Assembly: GCA_046085905.1 (NCBI GenBank)
Contig: JBJSWO010000091.1
Coordinates: forward strand, 1-45,420
Direction: 5' to 3'
DNA: 45,420 bases
DNA from: Actinomycetes bacterium
GTDB lineage: Bacteria > Actinomycetota > Actinomycetes > S36-B12
A program made the position numbers and the translations under genes. Of the stretch, positions 10,269 to 18,365 are shown piece after piece (the first letter of the stretch is position 1; each line of letters starts with the position of its first letter). Under the pieces are notes generated by a model. That model ran no database searches, was not told the DNA's origin, and saw nothing but the letters and a program-made list of their open reading frames with translations.

Positions 10269-10838
10269 CTAGATCTTGCCGACGAGATCGATCGACGGCG
10301 CGAGGGTGCTTTCGCCCTCTTCCCACTTGGCCGGGCAGACCTCGCCCGGGTGGTTTCGCACGTACTGAGCGGCCTTGATCTTGCGCAGCAGCTCGGCTGC
10401 GTTGCGACCGACGCCCTCCGGGGTGATCTCCAGGTACTGGATGATGCCGTCGGGATCGACGAGGAAGGTGCCTCGATCGGCAAGGCCTGCGCCCGGGCGC
10501 ATGTTCTCGAAGTTGTTCGTGATGGTGCCGCTGGGATCACCGATCATGAAGTAGCCGATCTTGCCGATCGTGTCGGATGCGGTTGCCCATGCCTTGTGCA
10601 CGTGATGGGTGTCAGTCGAGACGCTGTAGATCTCGACGCCAAGCTTCTGGAACTCGGGGTAGAGGTCAGCCATGTCGCCGAGCTCGGTCGGGCAGACGAA
10701 GGTGAAGTCGGCGGGGTAGAAGAAGAAGACGCTCCACTTGCCGCGGACATCCTGATCGGTGACCGTGACGTAATCCTTCTCGCCCTTGCGGTAGGCGACG
10801 GCCTGGAAGGGCTTGATCTCGGTGTTGATGATCGACAT
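10269..10838 (-). CDS. ahpC: Peroxiredoxin AhpC
   Basis: [16 protein letters not shown].., peroxidatic Cys context FTFVCPTE and resolving Cys near the C-terminus (EVCPAKW). The ATG at 10838 is preceded by GAGGAG. The longer ORF to 10910 is rejected. Confidence 0.95.
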   Translation of the reverse strand: MSIINTEIKPFQAVAYRKGEKDYVTVTDQDVRGKWSVFFFYPADFTFVCPTELGDMADLYPEFQKLGVEIYSVSTDTHHVHKAWATASDTIGKIGYFMIGDPSGTITNNFENMRPGAGLADRGTFLVDPDGIIQYLEITPEGVGRNAAELLRKIKAAQYVRNHPGEVCPAKWEEGESTLAPSIDLVGKI

Positions 10839-10901
10839 GCGATAACTCCTCGTGGTGTGTGCACCAGGTGGTGCAACCTCCACGTTAGGAAGGACTGCTT
10901 C

Positions 10902-10947
10902 ATAGCGCAAATCATTCGCAACTAATGTTGCAATTGGCTATGCCTAT
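10902..10947. promoter_or_regulatory. Candidate OxyR/LysR-type operator upstream of ahpC
   Basis: The most AT-rich stretch in the area: ATAG-cgcaaat-cATT-cgcaact-AATg-ttgcaattgg-CTAT-gc-CTAT. It contains an ATT-N7-AAT (T-N11-A) LysR box bracketed by ATAG...CTAT, 64-110 nt upstream of the ahpC ATG. Confidence 0.35.
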
Positions 10948-11389
10948 CGGTTTCGGCGCGCATCAGTTGACCCGAGGTGAGCGGTCACGCCAGAACCCGC
11001 GAGGGCGTCTCCGGGCTCGGGTCACTCGAGGAGGGGACGCGCACGTCAAGCACCCCTATGGGGCGGTGATCCATGTCACAGCCTTCCCACGAGACAACGT
11101 TGTCTATGTCACGCCGCATTTCAGGGCAATTCGGGCTGCCCTCAGCCGGTCTCGGGCGTGTCGCACGCACCCTCATTTTGCGGAAAGTTGTTGCGCTGCA
11201 TAGCCTTTTTTCGCCCCTCAAGGGTGCGTGATCCCCGCTTCGGCGGATCACCTGCACGGTTCGGTGCGCGGCGTGAGAGTCGTCGGCATGCGTGCGGGGG
11301 TTGGTAGCGAGACCGGGTGGAAAGAGACCCGGGATCGCAGGGATCTGGATCACGGCGGCAGGCCGGCTGGCCTGCCCGAACGAGGACTC

Positions 11390-12013
11390 GTGAGACCTTT
11401 TCGGATTTCCCGGCGCCGGCTAGCGCTCGGAGCCAGCACCGTCGCACTGGTCGGAATCGGCGCAGCCGCGTGGTCAGCCACCTCCTGGGCTGCCGAGCTT
11501 CCCGAGACCACGGCCGCCATCACCGTCACCACGTCAGCGGCCATCCCGCAGGCAGTGCCCACCGCTCGGCAGATCGCTATGCAGCAGCAGGCTATCCGGC
11601 AGGCGCAGTTCGCGTACTTCACGACCGAGTCGCCCCAGACTCGCGATCTGAAGGGCTACGAACCGAGCCTCTACCGCGGCAAGTACTTCCGCTCCTCGGT
11701 CGAGAAGCGCCGCAAGTGCATCGTGATCCGCGAGAGCGAGGGTCGCTACAACGCCGTCAATCCCACGCGCAAGTACCGCGGCGCGTACCAGGTCTCCCCC
11801 GAGCTGGCCCGGGGCGTGACCTGGATGATGCTCAAGGAGCACAAGGCCCTGCTGGGTGAGGAACGTGCCAAGCGGATCCTCGAGAAGCTGCGGAAGTCTC
11901 CGATGAACACGTGGCCTCGCTACTGGCAGGACGCAGCCTTCAGCACGATTCACAACTGGGAGCGCACGGGCGGTGGTGCAGCGCACTGGGCCGGCGGTCG
12001 CTGGCACTGCTGA
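11390..12013 (+). CDS. Secreted transglycosylase-like (lysozyme-like, Rpf/SLT-type) protein
   Basis: GTG at 11390 preceded by GAGGA. Tat/Sec-like signal RPFRISRRRLALGASTVALVGIGAAAWS. Catalytic-type segment CIVIRESEGRYNAVNPTRKYRGAYQVS. The listed longer ORF from 11228 has a non-signal-like N-terminus. Confidence 0.65.
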   Translation: MRPFRISRRRLALGASTVALVGIGAAAWSATSWAAELPETTAAITVTTSAAIPQAVPTARQIAMQQQAIRQAQFAYFTTESPQTRDLKGYEPSLYRGKYFRSSVEKRRKCIVIRESEGRYNAVNPTRKYRGAYQVSPELARGVTWMMLKEHKALLGEERAKRILEKLRKSPMNTWPRYWQDAAFSTIHNWERTGGGAAHWAGGRWHC

Positions 12014-12075
12014 CGAATTCCTGCTTTCTCGGGTGTCGGCAGGCTAGCCTTGGCGAGGCCTAACTGGGGAGAGAC

Positions 12076-13131
12076 ATGACTCGCATTACTCGCACGCTCA
12101 CCGTCGCCGTCGCCGCCGCTGCGGTGGCCTTTGCCGGAGCCGGCACCGCTCTGGCGGCAGGCACGCTCTCGGCTACGCCGACCACCATCGCCGGCGCGAC
12201 CCTCGACGTCACGGTTCCGACCGCATCCTCCCCGAAGGGTGTCTCTCCTGACGTCTACTTCGATGACGCGACGGGCACGTACTACCTCTACACGACGAGC
12301 ATGCCCGCCGGCGTCTACACCAGCACTGACGGCACCAACTGGAGCCCCGTCGCCGGCGCGACCATGCCCGGCGGATTCGACTGGTCGGTCGTGAAGATGG
12401 GCCCGAACAACTACCGCCTCTACTACTCCTCGATCAACCCGAATGCCTCACCCCAGGTGAACTGCACCAAGCAGCGCAAGGAGTTCAGGTACGCGACCTC
12501 AACGGATCTCGTGCACTGGACCACCCAGTCAGGAGTTCTGCTCGATGACATTGGTTGCGGCGTGCCGCATGTGCTCAAGAAGGCTGATGGCGGATACCTG
12601 CTCTACTGGAACACCATCACCACCAAGCACGGCATGCATATTGCTACCTCGCCCGACGGCCTGACCTGGACGAAGATCCCGGGTGTCATTCTCGATGACC
12701 CGGAGCTCGTGGATCCCGCCCCGCTGCAGATGCCCGATGGCACCTTCCTGATGATCTCGTCCACGTCAGGCGGCCCCGGTCGCGCCCAGGAATTGCGCAT
12801 CCTGAGCTCCACCGACGGCATCAACTGGAATCTGCGCAACAAGGCGCTCTATGCCCCGAGTGGTATCAGCGTTCTCGATCCCTCACTCAAGCTGATCGGT
12901 GATCAACTGCGCGTGTGGTTCGGCTACGCGCCCGGCATGGATCACAACAACTCGCACATCGCGAGCGGTCTGCTGAACCTGAAGGCCGGAACGGTCGACA
13001 ACGCGACTTCCTCCACGAGTTCCTCCTCCAAGATCAAGCCGTGCAAGAAGGCCGGCTCGAAGATGAAGGCGGGCTCGAAGGTTGCTGTCTGCACCAAGGT
13101 CAAGGGCAAGCTGATCTGGGTACTGCGCTAG
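12076..13131 (+). CDS. Secreted BNR/Asp-box beta-propeller protein (sialidase/glycosidase-like fold) with Lys-rich tail
   Basis: Signal peptide ..AFAGAGTALAAG. Four SxDxxxW Asp-box-like motifs (TSTDGTNWS, TSTDLVHWT, TSPDGLTWT, SSTDGINWN). C-terminal SSSSKIKPCKKAGSKMKAGSKVAVCTKVKGK. Confidence 0.65.
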   Translation: MTRITRTLTVAVAAAAVAFAGAGTALAAGTLSATPTTIAGATLDVTVPTASSPKGVSPDVYFDDATGTYYLYTTSMPAGVYTSTDGTNWSPVAGATMPGGFDWSVVKMGPNNYRLYYSSINPNASPQVNCTKQRKEFRYATSTDLVHWTTQSGVLLDDIGCGVPHVLKKADGGYLLYWNTITTKHGMHIATSPDGLTWTKIPGVILDDPELVDPAPLQMPDGTFLMISSTSGGPGRAQELRILSSTDGINWNLRNKALYAPSGISVLDPSLKLIGDQLRVWFGYAPGMDHNNSHIASGLLNLKAGTVDNATSSTSSSSKIKPCKKAGSKMKAGSKVAVCTKVKGKLIWVLR

Positions 13132-13178
13132 CTGACGCTGAATCGAGTTATCGTTCGTGGCTGCGTGAGGACGGAGCC

Positions 13179-14816
13179 CTACTCGACTTCGATCACCGGC
13201 TCGGGACGACCGATGTAGTAGCCCTGGCCCATGTGCACGCCGCATTCGCGCAGGATCTCCAGCTGGCGGAGATCCTCGATCCCCTCGGCTACGACCTCGC
13301 CGCCGAGAATCGCGGCCATGGCACACACGGCCTTGATGAGTCCCTGTACCCGCTCCTGCTCGACATCATCGATGAAACTCTTGTCGAGCTTGAGAATGTC
13401 GAAGGGAAGATCCTTCAGCAGCCCGAGGCTGGATGCCCCGACTCCGAAGTCGTCGATCGCCACCGCGAACCCGGCCTCGTGGAGTCCACGCATGACCTCG
13501 ACCGTGCGGGAGACATCGGCGGTCACGGCGGTCTCGGTGATCTCGATGACCAGTTGCTCGCGCGCAACCCCGTACCGCTCGATGGCCTCGAGGAGCAATT
13601 GCAGAACGTCGAACCCCGAGGCAAATGTGTGCGGGCTCAGGTTGATCCCGACGCGTGGAATGCCTCGCGTGACAAGACCGGCGAGGTCGGCGCAGGCACG
13701 ATCGATCACCCAGCGGTCAACCAGTGCGGCGAGGCCGAGCTTCTCGATGGCCGGAATGAACTCACCTGCCGGGACAAACCCTCGCTCGGGATGCCGCCAG
13801 CGGATCAGCGACTCCGCCCCGACGAGTTCCATGGTCGCGAGATCCTTGATCGGCTGGTAGAACAGCTCGAACTCTCCCGCCTCCAGGGCTGGCTGCAGGC
13901 GCGCCTCGATATCCGACCTCACGCTGGCCCGGGTGCGCAATGCCTCATCGCACACGACATCGGTGAAGGACACGATCGCCTGACCCAGGGCAGTGAACGC
14001 ATCGCCGAGCAAGGCCTCGATGTTCTCCGCGGCGCGGGCGGGACCCTGAGCTGCCCCCATCACATAACGCAGCATCATGACCTGCTGGTCCACGGGACGA
14101 CTCAGGTCGAGTCGGCTGCGAATCCGGGTGAAGACCTCGGCAGGATCCTGCCCCTGGGCCACCACCGCGAAGGTGGCACCACGCACTCGCTCGACGTAGG
14201 TCTCGCCGAAGAGCTCTCGCAGCTCGGCTAGAACTTCCTCGATCAAGTCGTCACCCGCCCGAAAGCCGAACTCGCTGTTGACGCGTTCGAGTACCAGGAG
14301 CTTGACCAGCACCACCGATGCGCTGCAGCTATCCCCTTCCAATCGAATGCGACGCGCGAGCTTGCCGGCCGCAGCCTCCCAGCCTCGATAGCCGGAGACT
14401 GCCTCGTGAGACGTACCGGAATCACCGCGGCCGGGGAGCGGGCTCGAGATATCGCGATACACCCATGTCTGCTCCACGACGTCGTCCTCAACCAGGCGAG
14501 GGAAGTAATCACGTTCGAGCACCCGACCATCGGCCAGGATGCAGACATCGCCCAGGACGGAACGCCGGGCAGACACGATCGCCCGCGTGTGCGACAGCCA
14601 CCCGACAGGATCCGCGAACATGGGCGCGGAGGCGACTGCCGCCTGATCACAGTCGGCGCCGACCAGCTGCTCGGGGGACAGACCGGGGGCGAAGAGTCGG
14701 GTGAATGCCTCGTTGACGTACTTCACGTCGCGGTTCTCGTCCTCGACTAGCACCGCCTCGTGCAGGTTGCTGAAGATGAAGCGCATTCGATCCGGATCAG
14801 AGGTCATCGGACTCAC
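13179..14816 (-). CDS. PAS / degenerate-GGDEF / EAL c-di-GMP phosphodiesterase
   Basis: N-terminal PAS-like region (FSNLHEAVLVEDENRDVKYVNEAF). The GGDEF position reads RGATF, so it is degenerate. The EAL domain has all catalytic signatures: FELFYQP, ESLIRW, INLS, EITE, DDFGVG, KLDKSF, EGIE, QGY. Confidence 0.85.
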   Translation of the reverse strand: MSPMTSDPDRMRFIFSNLHEAVLVEDENRDVKYVNEAFTRLFAPGLSPEQLVGADCDQAAVASAPMFADPVGWLSHTRAIVSARRSVLGDVCILADGRVLERDYFPRLVEDDVVEQTWVYRDISSPLPGRGDSGTSHEAVSGYRGWEAAAGKLARRIRLEGDSCSASVVLVKLLVLERVNSEFGFRAGDDLIEEVLAELRELFGETYVERVRGATFAVVAQGQDPAEVFTRIRSRLDLSRPVDQQVMMLRYVMGAAQGPARAAENIEALLGDAFTALGQAIVSFTDVVCDEALRTRASVRSDIEARLQPALEAGEFELFYQPIKDLATMELVGAESLIRWRHPERGFVPAGEFIPAIEKLGLAALVDRWVIDRACADLAGLVTRGIPRVGINLSPHTFASGFDVLQLLLEAIERYGVAREQLVIEITETAVTADVSRTVEVMRGLHEAGFAVAIDDFGVGASSLGLLKDLPFDILKLDKSFIDDVEQERVQGLIKAVCAMAAILGGEVVAEGIEDLRQLEILRECGVHMGQGYYIGRPEPVIEVE

Positions 14817-15334
14817 CCGCCCGGGTGCGGATCATCGGATTCGCCCAGGAACCGCTGGACCTCGATCTCCCGGACGACCAGGGAGGCCAGCCCCGTGAGG
14901 ATGTGGCTCTCCCGTGGGGTCAGGGGCGAGCGGGGCTCGAAGTCGATGAGGCAGAGTGCGCCCAATGTGTGCCCGCCGTGCACGAGGGGCGCTCCGGCGT
15001 AGTAACGGATGAACGGTTCGCCCACCACCAATGGATTCGTGCGCAGCTGCGGATGCATCAAGGCATTCGGGACCTCGAAGACCTCCGAGCCGAGGATCGT
15101 GTAGTTGCAGAAGGCCAGATCGCGGGGTGTCTCGCAGACATCCAGCCCACGGATCACCTTGAACCACTGACGGTCACTGTCGACGAGAGAAATGTTCGCC
15201 ACCCGCACCTGGAAGATGTCGCGACACATGTCGACGATCGTGTCGAGCACGGGGCTGGCGGGGGTATCGAGGATGCCCAGGGATCGCAGGTACTCGACCC
15301 GCGCCTCGTCGTCGATGGCCTTGGGGTATGTCAT
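14813..15334 (-). CDS. Stand-alone GAF domain protein
   Basis: 173 aa. The pattern EARVEYLRSLGILDTPASPVLDTIV..ISLVDSDRQWFK is typical of GAF domains. Its stop overlaps the downstream GTG (GTGA) of the EAL gene. Confidence 0.8.
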   Translation of the reverse strand: MTYPKAIDDEARVEYLRSLGILDTPASPVLDTIVDMCRDIFQVRVANISLVDSDRQWFKVIRGLDVCETPRDLAFCNYTILGSEVFEVPNALMHPQLRTNPLVVGEPFIRYYAGAPLVHGGHTLGALCLIDFEPRSPLTPRESHILTGLASLVVREIEVQRFLGESDDPHPGG

Positions 15335-15421
15335 CGATCTCTCCTCTGTCTTGACAGTTGTATCGGATCGAGTCGGTCGGGAGGTCGCGACGGCACCGGG
15401 ATGAATACTCGCGAGCGCAAG

Positions 15422-16012
15422 TCAGCGGATCCGCACCGACTCATTCCCCCACGGGGTGATCGGTGCGGAGGAAGGCGACTGAAAGGCCTCCGGGAGATCC
15501 TCGACGATGTGCCAGGTCGCCGCGAGACGCCCCACTCCGACGAACAGGCCGACCTGCAGGCCGAGCTCCACGATCTGCCCCTCCGTGAAGTACTGGCCGA
15601 GTTCGGCGTAGAGCGCGTCGTCAATGGCCAGGTGGTTCGTGGCGAAGAGATCCGCATACCTCAGGGCAATGCGCTCGGCGTCACTGAGATCCTCGGCCTC
15701 ATAGGGCTTCTCCAGTGAGCACACGAGCTCCTCGCTGAAGCCGTCGGCGAAGGCATCCTCGTAGCGAATGGCCATGCAACTGCGGCACTGGTTGTGAAAG
15801 GCGATGCGAAGCCGGACGAGTTCGACGAGTCGACGCGGCAATTCGCCCTTCTTGAGCGCGCGCGTGTAGGCGATGAGCGGTTCCGCGAGATCCGGTCGGT
15901 GCCCGAGAATCGAGGACACCGCGAGTTCGAGTGAGGATTTCTCATCGGCAGCGATCAACTCGGCCATGTGTGGGTCGAGCTCGTCAACCTCAAGCCTGCG
16001 CAGTCGAGCCAT
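15422..16012 (-). CDS. Carboxymuconolactone decarboxylase (AhpD-like) family protein
   Basis: 196 aa, with the CMD-family CxxC motif (HNQCRSCMAIR). Confidence 0.75.
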   Translation of the reverse strand: MARLRRLEVDELDPHMAELIAADEKSSLELAVSSILGHRPDLAEPLIAYTRALKKGELPRRLVELVRLRIAFHNQCRSCMAIRYEDAFADGFSEELVCSLEKPYEAEDLSDAERIALRYADLFATNHLAIDDALYAELGQYFTEGQIVELGLQVGLFVGVGRLAATWHIVEDLPEAFQSPSSAPITPWGNESVRIR

Positions 16013-16118
16013 GACTCCTCCTCTTGTAGGCCTCCAGTATCGGTCATCGGCCGTTCCTCCGCGGGGTGATCAGCCGGAGTCACCGTCCGCTCTACGCCTT
16101 GGCTCTGTAGCGGTGTGA

Positions 16119-16892
16119 CTAGAGCACGACATAATCGGGAAGCTTCGGCTCCTGACCGTCACCGGATGAGCGTCCCCGCAGGCCGCGGTAGGCCCACGGA
16201 GTGACGTCCTGGATGAGCCACCGGGCGTCTTCCGCACGAGAGGCAAGCCAGCCCCTCGCCTCGTGCCGCGCATGCGGATCCTCGACAAGATCCGCAAAGC
16301 TCGTCGGTTTGCCGACCCCGGTCAGGACGGCTGCCGCGACGAGTGCGTGCCCGTCTCGGCTCAAGTGCAGGCGATCGGGTGCCCACATTCGATCCTCGTA
16401 GAGGCGCGGCAGTCCCCACAGATCGACCAGGGTCGCGCCTAGCTGCGATGCGCTCCTGCGGATGCACTCGTTGTAGGCATGCGCGCGCTCACCCGGGCCC
16501 CCGGTCATCGGGATTCGCTTGCGCGGGTCGAACCCGGCGAACACGATCACCTGATCATTCAGGTCGCTGATGCGTCCGAGCATCTGATGGAACCGGTGCC
16601 CGAGCTCTGCCGGACTCGCCTTCGTGCGAATGATGTCGTTGGCACCGGCTCCCACTGAGACGAGCGCGGGCTTGAGCCTCTCGAGCTGAGGTACCTGGTG
16701 ATCGGCGACGTCATCGAGCTTGCGTCCGCGAACGGCAAGATTGGCGTAACGGAACTTCGGAACATCACGAGCGAGCTCCTCGGCCACGATGTCGGCCCAG
16801 CCGCGCAGGGAGCCATCTGGTCGGACATCCCACAAGCCCTCGGTGAAACTGTCACCGAGTGCCACGAAGGCGTCCACACTCACCCTGGTCAT
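16119..16892 (-). CDS. SGNH/GDSL hydrolase family protein
   Basis: Block I VALGDSFTEG, block III GANDI and a C-terminal D..H block (SRDGHAL). I prefer the ATG at 16892. An alternative GTG at 16946 would overlap the pntB stop (GTGA). Confidence 0.8.
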   Translation of the reverse strand: MTRVSVDAFVALGDSFTEGLWDVRPDGSLRGWADIVAEELARDVPKFRYANLAVRGRKLDDVADHQVPQLERLKPALVSVGAGANDIIRTKASPAELGHRFHQMLGRISDLNDQVIVFAGFDPRKRIPMTGGPGERAHAYNECIRRSASQLGATLVDLWGLPRLYEDRMWAPDRLHLSRDGHALVAAAVLTGVGKPTSFADLVEDPHARHEARGWLASRAEDARWLIQDVTPWAYRGLRGRSSGDGQEPKLPDYVVL

Positions 16893-16942
16893 CGTGCCCC
16901 CGCGGTCGTTCCGTGCCTGAACGGGAATGAATCTACCCGAGC

Positions 16943-18361
16943 TCACAGGGCGCGGACGATGTCCTCGACACGATCCTTGGCATCGCCGAACAGCATGGCC
17001 GAGTTCTCGTTGAAGAAGAGCGGGTTCTGCACGCCCGCATAGCCGGAGGCCATGGAGCGCTTGAACACGATCACGTCGTTGGCGTTCCAGACCCGAAGCA
17101 CCGGCATGCCGGCGATGGGGCTGCCCGGATCCGTCTCGGCTGCCGGGTTCACCGTGTCGTTCGCGCCGATGACCAGCACCACGTCGGTGTCGGAGAAGTC
17201 GTCGTTGATCTCGTCCATCTCGAGGACGATGTCGTACGGCACCTTCGCCTCGGCGAGGAGCACGTTCATGTGACCGGGCAGGCGACCTGCAACGGGATGT
17301 ATGCCGAAGCGCACCGTGGTGCCGTTCTCGCGCAGTTTGCGCGTGAGCTCGGCTACCCCGTACTGCGCCTGGGCCACCGCCATGCCGTATCCGGGAGTGA
17401 TGATGACGGACTTCGCGTTCCGCAGCAGTTCGGCGGTCTCAACCGCTGTCACCTCGCGGTGATCTCCGTAGTCCTTGTCCTCACCGGGGCCTGCCTCGAT
17501 GCCGAAGCCGCCGGCGATGACGGAGATGAAGGAGCGATTCATCGCCTTGCACATGATGTACGAGAGATAGGCACCCGAGGAGCCCACCAGAGCGCCGGTG
17601 ACGATCAGCAGGTCATTCTCGAGCAGGAAGCCGGATGCCGCGGCTGCCCAGCCCGAGTAGCTGTTGAGCATTGACACGACCACGGGCATGTCGCCGCCAC
17701 CGATGGATGCCACGAGGTGCCAGCCGAGGGCGAGCGCGACGATGGTGACCAGGATCAGCAGCCAGAGTGCGGGGCTGATGCAGAACCAGACGGTGAGGGC
17801 AACGAACACGACCAGGGCACCGATGTTCAGCGCATTCTTGCCAGGAAGCACCAGCGGGTTTGACTTCATCCTGCCGGAGAGCTTGCCGAAGGCGACGATG
17901 GATCCGGTGAAGGTCACCGCGCCGATGAAGACGCCGATGAACACCTCGGCATGGTGAATGCCGAGGGTCCCCTGAGAGGCAAGGAGAGCGATCTCTGCCG
18001 GATCTCCCCCGCCCTCGATCTGCAAGTAGCCGTTCCATCCGACCAGCACCGCGGCAAGACCGACGAAGGAGTGCAGCAGCGCGATGAGCTCGGGCATGCC
18101 GGTCATCTCCACGACCCGTGCACGCCATAGACCGATGGCACCACCAACCACCATGGCGATACCGATCAGGATCAGGCCGAGTGCCTCGATATTGCGATCG
18201 ATAGCCAGCGCGATCGTGGCAATGAGGGCAATAGCCATGCCGGCCATGCCGTACGCGTTGCCCGCCTTGGCCGTCTCATGCTTGGACAGGCCCGCGAGCG
18301 CGAGGATGAAGAGGAGTGCAGCGATGAGGAAGGCTGCCTGGGCCAGGGATTCGATGGTCAT
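16943..18361 (-). CDS. pntB: NAD(P) transhydrogenase subunit beta
   Basis: 472 aa with polytopic N-terminal two thirds and a C-terminal NADP(H)-binding dIII domain ([10 protein letters not shown].., [18 protein letters not shown]). Confidence 0.95.
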   Translation of the reverse strand: MTIESLAQAAFLIAALLFILALAGLSKHETAKAGNAYGMAGMAIALIATIALAIDRNIEALGLILIGIAMVVGGAIGLWRARVVEMTGMPELIALLHSFVGLAAVLVGWNGYLQIEGGGDPAEIALLASQGTLGIHHAEVFIGVFIGAVTFTGSIVAFGKLSGRMKSNPLVLPGKNALNIGALVVFVALTVWFCISPALWLLILVTIVALALGWHLVASIGGGDMPVVVSMLNSYSGWAAAASGFLLENDLLIVTGALVGSSGAYLSYIMCKAMNRSFISVIAGGFGIEAGPGEDKDYGDHREVTAVETAELLRNAKSVIITPGYGMAVAQAQYGVAELTRKLRENGTTVRFGIHPVAGRLPGHMNVLLAEAKVPYDIVLEMDEINDDFSDTDVVLVIGANDTVNPAAETDPGSPIAGMPVLRVWNANDVIVFKRSMASGYAGVQNPLFFNENSAMLFGDAKDRVEDIVRAL

Positions 18362-18365
18362 CGGC

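Noticed and set aside
10925-11353. ORFs 10925-11203 (+, 92 aa) and 10985-11353 (-, 122 aa) filling the long intergenic gap.
   Set aside because: The translations are Arg/Pro/His-rich and low in hydrophobic core residues. There is no RBS and no motifs. The region is more likely non-coding regulatory DNA.
11100-11389. A c-di-AMP (ydaO-type) riboswitch in front of the transglycosylase-like gene, as found upstream of rpf and cell-wall hydrolase genes in Actinobacteria.
   Set aside because: I looked for the remembered hallmarks: ACGGGG(A/G)..CCA, GGGGUGAAUC and the 3' CCGA..CCCG.CAGCUAACC block. Only vague resemblances are present (gcggggguugg; cccgaacgaggac) and there is no CAGCUAAC. A covariance-model scan is needed to be sure, so I left it as an unassigned structured leader.
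12915-14231. Long ORFs (200-530 aa) antisense or out of frame to confidently assigned genes. Examples: 354-1043, 2048-2902, 6523-7434, 12915-14231, 14825-15718, 19993-20946, 23260-24624, 27810-28799, 28604-29422, 36265-37173, 37818-39065, 43965-44636.
   Set aside because: These are typical stop-codon-poor shadow frames of high-GC DNA. Their translations are Arg/Pro/Gly/Ala-rich with no recognisable motifs. Each overlaps a gene with strong family signatures on another frame or strand.
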